A program made the position numbers and the translations under genes. From contig MNCI01000811.1 in NCBI GenBank assembly GCA_015680685.1, positions 112,381-176,380 on the forward strand: a DNA stretch of 64,000 nt, given 5' to 3'. This DNA is from Gnetum montanum. Its lineage: Eukaryota; Plantae; Gnetophyta. Below, piece by piece: positions 1 to 13,017 of the stretch (its first letter is position 1; every line of letters begins with the position of its first letter). The notes under the pieces are model-generated. The model did not search any database, was not told where the DNA came from, and was given only the letters and a program-made list of their open reading frames with translations.

Positions 1-515
1 CAACTGTTATTATTATCGTAACAAGACCCAAAAGGGTAGTTGTAATTGAGACCCAAAAGGGCATGTTGTAATAATGGACGTGTCTCTTAAGGTAACTTTT
101 GGGGGTTTGACCTAAGGCATTTATACCTAGGCTTAGAGGTTGTGTTGGCATGGAGTGGTGGAGCTGGTACAGAGAAGTTATGGAAGCTAGGTAAAGTGGG
201 GTAGGAAATGGACTAGCCATTTCTTCTGGTCGGGTTATAGGCCTAATCATGATGGCAGTGCTAGATTGCCTCTAAGGGATAGATTCCAAAAGAAGAAAAC
301 TCTAAGGAACACTCTCAAAGCACAATTTGAATATACTATTCCACATCAACAAAGCATTTTTTTCTTTCTCTTTCTATATTTTTCCTATTATATCCTTTAT
401 ACATAATGTTAAATATCACATATATTTCATATTTTTTATATTTTCTTCATACAAATAATGTCTAATATATTATATATTTGACATTTTCCATGAGATTTGA
501 GGATGAGATGTTATA
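1..515 (+). repeat. Family-A LTR, cut by the window start; followed by a degenerate tRNA-iMet PBS (518-529)
   Basis: Colinear with 9472-10045 and 14569-15143. It ends ...GAGATGTTATA (decayed TGTCACA), then TGGTATTGGAAC (~TGGTATCAGAGC). The internal region breaks off near 570. Confidence 0.8.
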
Positions 516-589
516 ATTGGTATTGGAACAAACCACAACCCAAGCACTACTTAAAATCATGGGCTGACTACAACATGAACTTAATGATG

Positions 590-1740
590 AACCTTGAAGC
601 CACAAAATAGGGAAAGTGATTAATAAAAATTTGTTACATTTGTCTTTTCTATATGCTCTCCATGCTACAACCAAATCTTCTTCTCTAAATGCCTTTATCT
701 TTCTTGGTGATCAAATCATCTTTTCATTAATTTTGCATTTTGTAAGAGCTTATCTAAAGCTTTGTTAATTTCAGCCTCTTGTTTTAATAATAAAGTCATT
801 AGAGCACATTCCATGTCTAATTGTGGGTTCTAATTTTCCATAAATTCTATTGTCAAAGACATGATTGTATTAGTTATTTGAGCATTAAACCCATAAACTA
901 GGCTAAATGGTGTGATTCCTACATATTTTTTAATTCTAATTCTACTAGTCCAAAGAGCTCCTTGCAATATCTTATGCCAATTTCATATACTATTATTCAT
1001 CAAGTGTTTGAGATAAGAGATTATATTTTTATTTGTGGAGTTAGCTAGACCATTTCCTTGTGGCTAATAGTTTGAAGATGAATAAAGAAAAATGTATTTT
1101 TCTGAAGCCCATCTTATGAACTCAACTAATTGGAAAGTTATGCCATTATCAATAACAAGTCTAGCATTACAAACTAATTTATGATGTATTGTTTAAGAAA
1201 CTTTATCATGTCATAAGATGTATGTTTTCTTAGAGCTTTAGATTTTGGCCACTTAATGAAATAGTCAATGGTTGTCAAAATAAATTTGTGTCTTGATTAT
1301 GATGGAGTAATAGTTCCTATCAAATCTAATTCTCATCTTTGAAAAGTTTTATCTACTATCACTAGTTTTACTAGGACATTGGCTCTTTTTAGCTTTGGTT
1401 AGTGCATTTGACACTTATGGAAAATTTATATTTTATCTCACAAATATTTGTACATAGTGGGCCAATAGAAACCATATATCAATATATGTTGCATTGTGAT
1501 TCTTGGAGATTCATAATACAACCCCTCATGACTATGGAATTGATTTTGGATTTCTTTAATATTTTGATCAAATGCATATTCCAGCAAGACACCTTGAAGA
1601 TATATTCTATATAGAATCCCTTAAGTGAAAATATACTTCTTTGTCTTGATTTTGAAAGCTCTTTTTTTTTAGATAGATTCTTAGGAATTTCATAGCTAAA
1701 AAGAAACTTTACTTTGTCATCATATCAATTTCTAATTTCA
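590..1740 (-). pseudogene. Integrase remnant
   Basis: LIGTITPS..., QGNGLANSTNK (PQGNG.AE..NK motif), decayed LW.GP C-terminal motif. Confidence 0.75.
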
Positions 1741-1799
1741 AGAAGAGCTAATACTTCTTGTTTAGATTCTCTTGCCATCATGCTAGCTAATATCATATT

Positions 1800-3230
1800 C
1801 TTGATTATTTTACATGTTTCTAGATAATTCCTAAATTCTTGATGCTTGATTATCTAGTTAGCTCATTTAAGTCCAATTTTGTTTTGTGATAGAAATTATC
1901 TTATAGTTGGCTCTATACTCATAATATGAACTATATTATTTTTTAATTAATACTTGAAATGCCCCAAATATTTAATCCTCCAAATGTTGATTTTTTAAAA
2001 TTAGAGTAATTTGTCATAGCTCCTTTTAATTGATAATTGAAAAATTAAATTGATTTTTCTTCTTTTCCATCTTTTTGCATTAATAATGTATTTAGTGAGT
2101 TTGTTAAGGAAAAAACATATAACCAAAAATCTTCTTTTACTTTGGTTTTACTAGATATGGGGCTTCTAAAATGGGTCTCTTAATTAGGTCTAAAGTCTCA
2201 AGTGATTCTTTAATCTTTTGTAATTCAACATGCTTTTTAACATTTCTAAAAGAGGCTTCATTATTTCTATAAATCCTAGTATAAATTTTTTGATAAATAT
2301 TATCTTTCCAAAGAAATTTCTTAGCACTTTCTTATTTGTTGGATGTTATATACCTTGAATAGCTTGTACTCTAGCTTGATTAATAACTATTCCTTTTTGA
2401 AAAATTATATACCCGAGTAAGCTACCTGATTTCATTCCAAAAATACATTTTTTGAACTTAAAGAAATACCAAATTCTCTACATCTATTGAATATTTATTT
2501 TATGTGGAATATATGATCTGACTCATGGTTTTAATATACTATAATATCATCTAGATAAATGACTATAATTTTTCCAATAAGTCTTTCAAATGTTCTATTC
2601 ATAGCTAATTGAAAAGTATCCCCTACATTTGATAAGCCAAAGGACATTCTTTTGTATGCAAATATTCCCCTTTTTAGGATGAATGCTATTTTACATCTAT
2701 TATTTTTATTTGCTATTATTTGATTATAACCTAAAGATCCATCTAATAATGAATATAACATCTTGCTACTTTTACCCACATTTCATCAATTTTTGGAAGT
2801 GGATACTTATCTTTAACTGAAGATTCATTCAAGTTCCTAAAATCAATACATAATCTTATATCACCATTCTTTTTCCTAACTAGTACTAAATTAGCTATCC
2901 AAGTTGAGTATCTAATTGGATATATCATATCATCACCTAATAATTTTTTAATCTCAGCATCCATTAGTGATTCAAACATCAAATTAAAATTCCTTAATTT
3001 TTTTCTAATTATCTTACAATCCTCTACTAAAGAAAATTTGTGTTATAATATTAGGATCAAAAGTTCTCACATGATCATATAACTAGGCAAATTTTTCTAA
3101 ACTTTCATTGAGAATATGCATCATTTTCTCTTGAATTTTTTATCAAAAATTTATTCCAATGTTAAGATACCTTTGAATGTCTTGACATCTTAAATTCATT
3201 ATTTCATAAGCTTGATCTTTAGGATTTTGG
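1800..3230 (-). pseudogene. Reverse transcriptase / RNase H remnant
   Basis: IYPIRYSTWIANLVLVRKKNGDIRLCIDFRNLN, KDKYPLPKID, GYNQI, MSFGLSNVG, IYLDDII. Confidence 0.92.
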
Positions 3231-3479
3231 ATGTTTGATCCTTTAACTAATTTTTGTCTAAATTTTATTTCAATCATAACACCTTTTGAGATATTCTTCT
3301 TACTTTTAGTATTAAGTCATCTTTTTCATAGATATGATCTTTGAATTTTCCTATGTTTTCTAGGAATTCAATTATTTGATGATCATGTTCAAAAACTTGA
3401 AAGTAATCCTTATTGTTAGGGATGATCAATTTTAATTTCATTTCAATTATTTTTTTATAGTGTCCAATTATCTTAGACA

Positions 3480-3870
3480 AGTCAAGAGTTGAAGCTGCTA
3501 CTACAAGTTGATCAACCTTCTAATCCCTTTTCCTTGGGATATTTTCAATCTTATATTCTATAAAACATTAAAATAATTTCATTGCAAATTTCTTGTAAAT
3601 TCATATGAATGAGCTTTTGACACTACATTTTTCTCTAACCTAGTCACATATAAGTTTTGAGTTTTCCTTAACTTCTAATTTTTGAATCTCCTTATCATAT
3701 GCCATTTTCAATCCTCTACATAGATCTTCATAAATAGCTTTGTTATTAGTATAAGGAAATTGTGATTATATAGCTTTTGATTCCACATGATTCTTTGGAC
3801 TGATAAAAATAGTACCACCTCCTAATCCCTTGGAATTATAAGCTCCATTAAAATATCATTTCCAAAATTA
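3480..3870 (-). pseudogene. Additional (archaeal-type) RNase H between protease and RT; duplicate at ~5900-6290
   Basis: Manual translation gives WK*YFNGAYNSKGLGGGTIFISPK, FPYTNNKAIYEDL and IPRKRD*KVDQL. Confidence 0.8.
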
Positions 3871-4059
3871 TCCTAGTTAATTATCAAAATGCATAATTTG
3901 TATTTCTTGAATAGAGCTAACTCCCAATTTAACTTCTATTAATCCATTCCTTTTATTCTTTCCATCTTAAGTCATATTCTTTATCATCAATGGCTCATTT
4001 TATGTATAAATTTGATTTGGTTCTCATTTCCATGATAACCACATATTTGAATTATCTTT

Positions 4060-4365
4060 TGCTATATATCTAGAGAAATTTCATCTCCAACTTCTACTAA
4101 ATAATAAGATATAAGTATTTGAAATATCAACTACTTGAATTTTAATCCTACTTTTAATTCTAGGGTCCGAGGCTAATTGGAGTAATACATTTGGTAATTG
4201 ATCTATTATCTTAACTCTACTCTTATCAACTTGGATAATTTTCCTACTTGATTGTTCTAGTTTTAATCCTAGTTGATTGCATATTGATAGGGGAATTAAT
4301 TTTTAAGTAGCTTTTGAATCAACTAAGTAATTATATAGTTATATCCCTTTTAATTTTAGAGTTAA
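4060..4365 (-). pseudogene. Aspartic protease remnant; duplicate at ~6480-6800
   Basis: LYNYLVDSKAT*KLIPLSICNQLGL (LDSGAS-type motif). Confidence 0.7.
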
Positions 4366-7300
4366 NAATATGGACATGGCCACTTCCTCTTTATGCTCAC
4401 CACGACAATGACGGTACTGAGCCATCCCAAGAGCACCAGCAGCAACAAAAAAAAAGGGGGGGGGCACAGGCAAAAAAATGTCTGCAGGGAAAATGCCATT
4501 TCTTTAAGGGTTCCGTATCAGTAATGCGCCTAAAGGATCCGCACCTCTGGAACGCGGACGGGTCTGATGTAGTGGACTGGCCTTACTCAGCTTGGCGACG
4601 CCGATGGTTTTACCAGTTCCTTAAAAAAATGTGTGCAACAGACGCAGGAAGCCCTAGGCCCAGAACATATGGTTCAAAATTCGCAAAGCCTACAACGTGT
4701 CTTCGGAAATGAGCAGGGACTCCGCTCCGCCGTTCACCGCCAGCACAACTTGCTCCACTGCAACCAACCAAGAACACGTAGATTAACGCGTCCGGCTGTT
4801 CGCAGATTTCGTTTTTTTTAGCACCATAATGACAAGAACATTTTAGGCCGATTTAACTTGAGAAAAATATCGCTGATTTAACTTTGGTCATCCATAAATC
4901 AATTTTAGGCCGATTATATGCGTTGAATATATAACTCGATGATTCGGTACTCAAATATGATGTGCAAAGACAAAATTTATGAGATATTTATCCAATAACA
5001 TTCACGAACTAAGCACTTGTCAATTGCAACTTTTAGTTAGGTAATGGTTATAACCATCCAAGTTTTAAAACTAACCTATCATAAAAATTCCTCCTAATTG
5101 ATTGACCAAACTACTTGGGAGTTGTAATTTCCTTATATAATATTTTGAAAGGTTGGAAGAAAACTAAAGAGAATATATGTGTATAAGTCGCAACTATCAT
5201 TTTGTATTCCTATGTAATTTAGTGGTTGCATTTTATAACTACTACAAAGGACATTTGTCAATTGTAGCATTTTTATCTCTTTTTGTGGTTACAACCACCC
5301 AAGATATTTTGTAACTTACCTAACTTGTTGAACAAGTAACCTCCTAATTGGTTGGTCAAGTTACTTGGGAGAGAAGTTAGGTGAGATATTTTTTNCATCA
5401 AATTAAAATTCCTTAATTTTTGTCTAATTATCTTACAATCCTCTGCTAAAGAAAATTTGTGTTATAATATTAGGATCAAAAGTTCTCACATGATCATATA
5501 ACTAGGCAAATTTTTCTAAACTTTCATTGAGAATATGCATCATTTTCTCTTGAATTTTTTATCAAAAATTTATTCCAATGTTAAGATACCTTTGAATGTC
5601 TTGACATCGTAAATTCATTATTTCATAAGCTTGATCTTTAGGATTTTGGATGTTTGATCCTTTAACTAATTTTTGTCTAAATTTTATTTCAATCGTAACA
5701 CCTTTTGAGATATTCTTCTTACTTTTAGTATTAAGTCATCTTTTTCATAGATATGATCTTTGAATTTTCCTATGTTTTCTAGGAATTCAATTATTTGATG
5801 ATCATGTTCAAAAAATTGAAAGTAATCCTTATTGTTAGGGATGATCGATTTTAATTTCATTTCAATTATTTTTTTATAGTGTCCAATTATCTTAGACAAG
5901 TCAAGAGTTGAAGCTGCTACTACAAGTTGATCAACCTTCTAATCCCTTTTCCTTGGGATATTTTCAATCTTATATTCTATAAAACATTAAAATAATTTCA
6001 TTGCAAATTTCTTGTAAATTCATATGAATGAGCTTTTGACACTACATTTTTCTCTAACCTAGTCACATATAAGTTTTGAGTTTTCCTTAACTTCTAATTT
6101 TTGAATCTCCTTATCATATGCCATTTTCAATCCTCTACATAGATCTTCATAAATAGCTTTGTTATTAGTATAAGGAAATTGTGATTATATAGCTTTTGAT
6201 TCCACATGATTCTTTGGACTGATAAAAATAGTACCACCTCCTAATCCCTTGGAATTATAAGCTCCATTAAAATATCATTTCCAAAATTATCCTAGTTAAT
6301 TATCAAAATGCATAATTTGTATTTCTTGAATAGAGCTAACTCCCAATTTAACTTCTATTAATCCATTCCTTTTATTCTTTCCATCTTAAGTCATATTCTT
6401 TATCATCAATGGCTCATTTTATGTATAAATTTGATTTGGTTCTCATTTCCATGATAACCACATATTTGAATTATCTTTTGCTATATATCTAGAGAAATTT
6501 CATCTCCAACTTCTACTAAATAATAAGATATAAGTATTTGAAATATCAACTACTTGAATTTTAATCCTACTTTTAATTCTAGGGTCCGAGGCTAATTGGA
6601 GTAATACATTTGGTAATTGATCTATTATCTTAACTCTACTCTTATCAACTTGGATAATTTTCCTACTTGATTGTTCTAGTTTTAATCCTAGTTGATTGCA
6701 TATTGATAGGGGAATTAATTTTTAAGTAGCTTTTGAATCAACTAAGTAATTATATAGTTATATCCCTTTTAATTTTAGAGTTAACAAGAAATGTCAAGCA
6801 TCTTTATCAACTACAACTATTATTCTACTAATAGGTTTATCAATGTTATAAATGTAGTTTGTAGCAACATCACCAATTTATTTTATTATTCATTTCTTTT
6901 AAAATTCTCTTTGAGCATCCTTTATTCATAATTAATTAGTATGGACTAATGTTGGACTTGATTAATTTTAGATCTTCTATTATGTTATATCTTCCCTTGC
7001 CATAAAATCCTAGCTTTCTAAAATCTTGATGACTTTCTTAATTCATTTGAATTTTCTCCTTTGATTTTTGTTTTTCTTCAAAATCTTTTCTCTTTCTAGT
7101 AGGTTTAAGTATTGATCTTGACTGAATAGATATATCTATCTTTTCTTTAATATTCCTGAGTTCATATCTAGGCTCTTCATTGTTATTGAAATCATCATTT
7201 AATGAGTATCCTGATTCTGAGCTCTTAAACATATCATCATTGGATGATCTTTCTAAGTAATGTGTACCTAGGTACATAAATTCCCTAAATTCTTTTTTAA

Positions 7301-7529
7301 ACTCTACTAGGTTTGAATTAGCCAAGGCTTTCTTTTCCTTAGTATCTTTGAGCTTACCTAGGATATCTAATTTTTTGGCTTGTCTAAAGTTTTTTACATC
7401 TTTAAATCTCATTCTAGACATAGCCTTTTCTAATTTGATAGCTTTGTTTAACATTTCTTTCAAATGATTGTCTTTATTAAGCTCTTCACTTTGTAGTTCA
7501 ATGGAACCATTTATTGAAGCTAACATCTA

Positions 7530-8230
7530 GAATTAGTTATATTTTGAAAAGGAAATATTTCTTTTTGAGGCTCTTTCATAGTGGGATGTATGTTATCTTG
7601 AATTAGGTTTAATTATCTTTCTAATTCTATGACTTCACTATAAAGGTTGGCTAAAGTAGTAATATTTGGAGTTCTATGTAATCAAATTGAGATTCTTGCA
7701 TCTATAGCATTTAAGTAAGTATCTTTTAAAACTTTATTACTTGGTAGAAATTGGTTTTGAAGTTAGCCACATATCCTTTGAAATTTAATGTTGAACTCTC
7801 TTACTGATTCTTTATTTTCCTATTTCATTTGAACTAGGACATTATATAGTTAATGTTTCTCAACCTAATTGTCAAATTGACCTATTAATAAAGCTTTCAT
7901 ATTGCCCCAACTAGCAATACTATTATTTGATAAATTTTAATACCAAATTTGAGCTATATTACTAAGGTTACCTATGAAAAATCTGAATGCTTGATCTTGG
8001 TGTTGAATTTTTACATGAACAAGGGCTAGCTAAAATAGGTATAAATATTACTTTGTTAAATAGGCTTTTCTAGGGTTGTACAATTTTGGTAGGTACTTGT
8101 AAGCTACTCTAGGAATATCATGATAAGCATTGAACATCAAAGGTATGGGGAGCTTAAATGGATTAGCATCAGGTAGGTTAGCCATCATTTGTAAACTATG
8201 ATTTCTACTAAATTATCCTATTTCTAACTT
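7530..8230 (-). pseudogene. Gag (capsid) remnant
   Basis: YHDIPRVAYKYLPK..., QHQDQAFRFF..., AQIWY*NLSNNSIASW. Confidence 0.7.
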
Positions 8231-9471
8231 ATCTTTTCTTTTGAAAGATAAACCATTGATTAAAGATGATACCTTAGTTTTTCATGTCTTTATTTAACTT
8301 CCTAAGTTTCTAAATATGGTCTAATATTCTTCCTTTAATGAAGTTTATCTTAAGTTTAAATATGTTTTTTGGACTTTTAAAATATTCTTGTTTATCTAAG
8401 GATTCACTCATGAGTCAATTAACTATTTTAATTACATATACATTAATGGAGACCCTTCTTCCAGTACCAATTAAAACTATTGGAGGAGGAACACTACCCT
8501 ACTTTAGGAACAACCTTAATAACTTGTTTTAGGTGATTTATAGTCTTTGGTACCACCAAGGCATGGATACCCCCAAATAGTTGATCCTAGTACAAATGAG
8601 CTAAATATGACTAATTGTTTTTTAGCAATAAAAATATTCATAAGAAACTATTGTCTTATATGTAATCAATTTTCTCTCTTTTAGCTATCTCTTAATGTAA
8701 GGTAAGATATGTCTCATTCTCTTTCTTGAATCCCTTTAATTCTTCTTGTATCTTGAATGTCTCTTGGTAATTTTTCATAAGAAAATTTGTGAGCTTAGTT
8801 ATTTGAATATTAGCTATTTTTCTCATATATTTAATCAATGTCACTATAGTCTCTAACAAGTCTTGATGAGTTATCACTAGCTTTTGCCTTTTAGTCTTTG
8901 TATCATCTTCTTTATATTGGAAGATGATACTAGCTTCTATTTCTGGTTTAGTAGGGATTTTCTTGGTTATAATAATGCACACCTTTTTTTTCTTTAACTC
9001 TAAAAGACTAGGCTACCCCTTTTATCAAGTAGCCTAATGGGAATTTTAGTGTAGCAAGGCCTAATGATGAGTGTTCTTTTGTTGTTGTTGTTGTGATTCC
9101 TTTAGCCTTTTTTATTCCAATTATTGTCATGTCTTATTTTTTGCTTTTGCATGTTTAATCTTCATTTTTGTTATGGTTTATACTCTTGCATATTCAGCTT
9201 CATCAAGAGAAAATCTTTCATCTAGCATTACTTTCTCTAGATCTAGTAGTTTCCTTGAGAAATAATTTTCTTCTAATTGAGTCAAGTATTCTTTAGAGAT
9301 GTCTCTGGCCAAGGGATGATCTTTGTCTTTCATTCACTTGCATAATTCAATGAATAGTTAATCACAAGTTATAGCTAGAAGCTTCATTGATAAATTCCTC
9401 TTTAGCTATGCTAGAGCTTCATCCTTGGCTTGATTCACTTCTTTGTTAATTGTCCCTATGTAGACTATATT

Positions 9472-10045
9472 TGTAACATCCCCATTCCCAAATGATGTTG
9501 TTGCATAATGAAGATGGTGCTTCTTCATAACAAGTGTTATTGTTATCATAATAAGGCCTAAAAGAGCTTGTTGTAATTGGGACTCAAAAGGGTGCATTAT
9601 AATAATGAACATGTTTCTTCAGGTAACCTTTAGAGGTTTGACCTAAGGCATTTATACTCAGGGTAGAGGTTGTGCTAGCATGGAGTGGTAGAGATAGTAA
9701 AGGCAAGTTATGAGAGCTAGGTGAAGTGGGATAGGAAGTGGACTAGCCATTCCTTTTGGCCAATTGTAGGCCTAACCATGGTGGAAGTGTTGAATTAGCT
9801 CTAAGGGGATAGATGCTAAAGGAAGAAAACCCCAAGGAACACTCTTAGATAATTATCCAAATACTCTATTACATATCAATAAAGCATTCTTTTCTTTCTC
9901 TTTCTGCATGTTCTCTATTATTTTCTTTACACATAATGTTGAATGTTACATATATTGTATGTTTGGTATATTGTCTTCTTAAGCATAATGTCTAATATAA
10001 TGTATACTTGATGTTTACTATGACATTTGGGGACAGGATGTCACA
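9472..10045 (+). repeat. 5' LTR
   Basis: TGTAACATCCCCATTCCCAAATG ... CATTTGGGGACAGGATGTCACA (imperfect terminal inverted repeat), then TAGTATGGAAGC (decayed iMet PBS, 10048-10059). Confidence 0.88.
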
Positions 10046-11394
10046 ACTAGTATGGAAGCAAACCACAAACCAAGGGTCATTTAGAACCATGAAGTCATGA
10101 TAGAGGGAAAGTTATTGATCATCTCCTAATGCATCAGATGTAAGCTAGAAGATATTGTTCCATTAAGTTTATGAACAATGGATCATACATCTACTAAAGA
10201 CATAGATCCCACCAACCAAAAAAATTCTTTCATGGATATCATTAATTGATGAAGATTTGATTACGCCTCATCAAGATTCATTAATTGCAAGAGATGTTGG
10301 TAAGATAGGGATACACTAGTCCAGGTAACTCTTATCCATCTAAATACTATAAATATGATCATTGTTAGGTTTCTTTCAAAAGGTTACTAACCATGATCTA
10401 AATTGATCGTGTTTTGTTGAAACTCATTATCCTAAGTGCTTAACCTTTGTAACTTATCATTATTCATCTCACCTAATATCTATGCATTAGAAAATACAAG
10501 GGGTAAAATCTAAGATCATCCCAGGGTTGGTGCATCTTTTACAACCAAATGCAAGTAATTTAGAAGATGTCAAGTTACCCATATGTCAACCTAGTAATGT
10601 CATTATGGTGGAATAAGCTAGTTGAACCTTTCAAAATATTGAAAAATTCAACTTTTTTTGAACCACAATAGTATGTCCAATGCATAGTACAATCCAAGAT
10701 GATTCCAACAATACCAATTTCATCAAAATCTGACTTACAATTTGGGAGATATGATTTTTCTCGAGTTACGTGCAATTTAAAAATTAAGAAAAAGAAGGAA
10801 TGACAAGTTGTAGGTTCAACTCCAAGTCCCAAATCTTTCAAAAATAATTTAATTAAAATAAGTCCTTTATGAGGGCACCCATGATGCACCACCATCCAGT
10901 CTCCATTACTACTACCACATGTGCTGCCCTCCTGCATGAGTCATTACCTTTACATTTTTCTCACTGTTGCCACCCTTCACTCATGTTGCCACCTCTACAT
11001 GTGCCACTTGCCTCAGATCATTGTTTCCCTTTGTAAGCTCATTTTCCCTCCACATGTAATGCTTGCTACTCCTCTATGTTGTGCTACACCTACTGCTTAC
11101 CACTCGCCTACTTCCATGCCATCACTCCAATTGCTCTAGTGCGCTTCACTTTGCATCATCATCCTTAGCCATTGCCTACCACCTCCAGCCATACTACTTG
11201 CCAAAATTTATATTATTGTTGAAAAACTCACCATATTTCTCATTTCCTATCACACATGTTGGTTTCACTATCACCTGCACTACCATCATCATCACCATTA
11301 ATTACACCACTATTGTTGCCATTGCCTCTACCATTGCTAAGAAATCTATTGTAATTTTTGGTTGCCCATTGGTGATTTGTGGAAACTAATGACA

Positions 11395-11725
11395 TTGTTC
11401 ATAAAGAGCACATTTGATGCTCCATAGGCATTGAATGTGCCACCCATAAAGGACATCTCTAGTGCTTTGTGGGCATCACCCATAAAGAGCACCTCTAGCT
11501 CTCCACGAACACAAATAGTGCTATCCTTAAAGGGCACCTTTGGTGCTCTATGGGCATTGATGGCACTACCCATAAAGTACACCTTTGGGGATCTATAGAC
11601 ACCTATAGCACTATCCATAAAGGGCATCTTCAATGCTTCATAGGCACCAACAACATCATCCATAAAGGGCACCTCTAGTGCTTTTCAAGCATTGATGGTA
11701 TTGCCCATAATGGCCACCTTCGATG
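11395..11725. repeat. 45-bp degenerate tandem array (~7 units); homologue at ~31425-31680
   Basis: Unit ~CCATAAAGGGCACCTYTAGTGCTCTATGGGCATTGATGGCACTAC, with CCATAAA recurring about every 45 bp. Confidence 0.85.
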
Positions 11726-12193
11726 TAATCTACTGTCAAAAAAATTCTCACTATTGATGCCTACATGTTAGTCGGTAAAGGCTACATTGGCCCCTACATG
11801 GACCATGTTGGCTCCCTTTGTGGCATTTTATCACCTCCACACATGTTAATGCCTCCACAATCACCTCCATAACTACCTATGCATTGCACCGATAATGACG
11901 TCAATCTACACCACTAGAGAATTGCCCTACAAAAAAAAACACTACTTTTTCCCCAAACACCAATGCACATGCACCATTTTAAACATTGCTACTGTCATCC
12001 CTACCTACCACATGATGAAAAAATTCTTCGTTATGAACACCAAATTGAAATTTTCTATCAATAGACAAAAAATTTGAGATTCTTGTCAATTGACCAAAAA
12101 TTTAGAATTTAAGTCCTTAAACTATTGGTCTAAATTAAGCACACATAAGAATAAAATTTAAAAATAGAATTTGGGATGTTTGTAGAATATGGG

Positions 12194-12261
12194 ATAAAAA
12201 CTTCATAATTAAGTGTGCTTACTCTAGAGTATAACTAGTATGGGTGACATCTCAGGAAGTC
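12194..12261 (+). promoter_or_regulatory. 5S rRNA-derived internal control region (A box-IE-C box)
   Basis: Gap-free manual alignment to the plant 5S consensus (recalled from memory), 50/68 identical: ..AATTAAGTGTGCTT..AGAGTA..ACTAGTATGGGTGAC..GGAAGTC, followed by a T-run. Confidence 0.85.
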
Positions 12262-13017
12262 TCATTTTTCATGCCAAAGGTTCTAAAATTTAGGAGGCAT
12301 AACTTTTGATTTTGGAAGCCTTTGTTACTAAACGAAGAGTTTTTTTCTATAGATTTCAAGCTTTTGGACATAATGGTAAAGTTAGATCTACCCCATGAAA
12401 TCTGAAAAATTAATTTTTACCACTTGCCTAACATAGTACTTGAACACCCTTAAAAGTTTGATTTTAGCATAACTTTAGCATATTATGTTCATTTTTAACA
12501 TATGAATAGTTATTTCCAATATTTTTCACCCTTCTAAACTTAATGATGAGGTCATATTTATCATCACAGTACTTGATAATTTGATGATATATGAAATTGT
12601 ACCTAAAAGTCTACAACATAAGGATAACTAATCATGCCTCGTTTGGACTAACAAATTTAACCTTTTGGGCCTTAAGATTTAGTGCCTAACCTTTGCAGGT
12701 AATCTTAAGATCACTATGGCATGTCACTAGTTACACTGCTAGAGTCAGTGTCCTAAGATAGGTAAAAGGATCGTTAAGAATTAGATAATGTCATTAAAAA
12801 TTACTAAAATTAGATAATGTATCTAAATATTATCAAAATTAGTTTGAGAATCAATTGATGAAATAGAAAATTCTTCAACAATCAAGAAGATGTATATCAA
12901 TTTTTTTTTGCAATTAAATCATATGATAGATCAACATGGAGAGTCATAATCTCATTTGCACAAGGTGTATGATACCCGTAAAGAGTAATGGTCTAGCATA
13001 AAATCCAAGAATAAGAA

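Larger units (their letters stand above)
2977..6784. other. Near-identical 1389-bp direct duplication (2977-4365 and 5396-6784) around a 1028-bp island bounded by single Ns (4366, 5395)
   Basis: The copies differ by only a few substitutions, and both inner edges coincide exactly with the Ns. Confidence 0.92.
570..9471 (-). mobile_element. Degenerate Ty3/Gypsy Tat-like retrotransposon (gag-PROT-aRH-RT-RH-INT); probably continues beyond the 9472-15143 insertion
   Basis: Minus-strand domain remnants in this order, with many stops and frameshifts (see sub-features). Confidence 0.85.
10590..12420 (+). repeat. ~1.8-kb internal cassette shared with ~30620-32450 (B-box-like motif, C-rich tract, 45-bp tandem array, 5S fragment)
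   Basis: Colinear blocks, e.g. AAGATGATTCCAACA...TTTGGGAGATATG at ~10696 and ~30674; 45-bp arrays in both; shared flanks of the 5S fragment. Confidence 0.8.

Noticed and set aside
4314-4712. 132-aa ORF
   Set aside because: It spans an N junction, so it is chimeric, and it has no recognisable motif.
11346-11672. Repeat-protein ORF
   Set aside because: It is just the translation of the 45-bp tandem array.
12194-12261. Functional 5S rRNA gene or a Cassandra TRIM
   Set aside because: Only ~68 nt of the ~120-nt gene is present, it is diverged, and it is neither in an rDNA array nor inside short LTRs.
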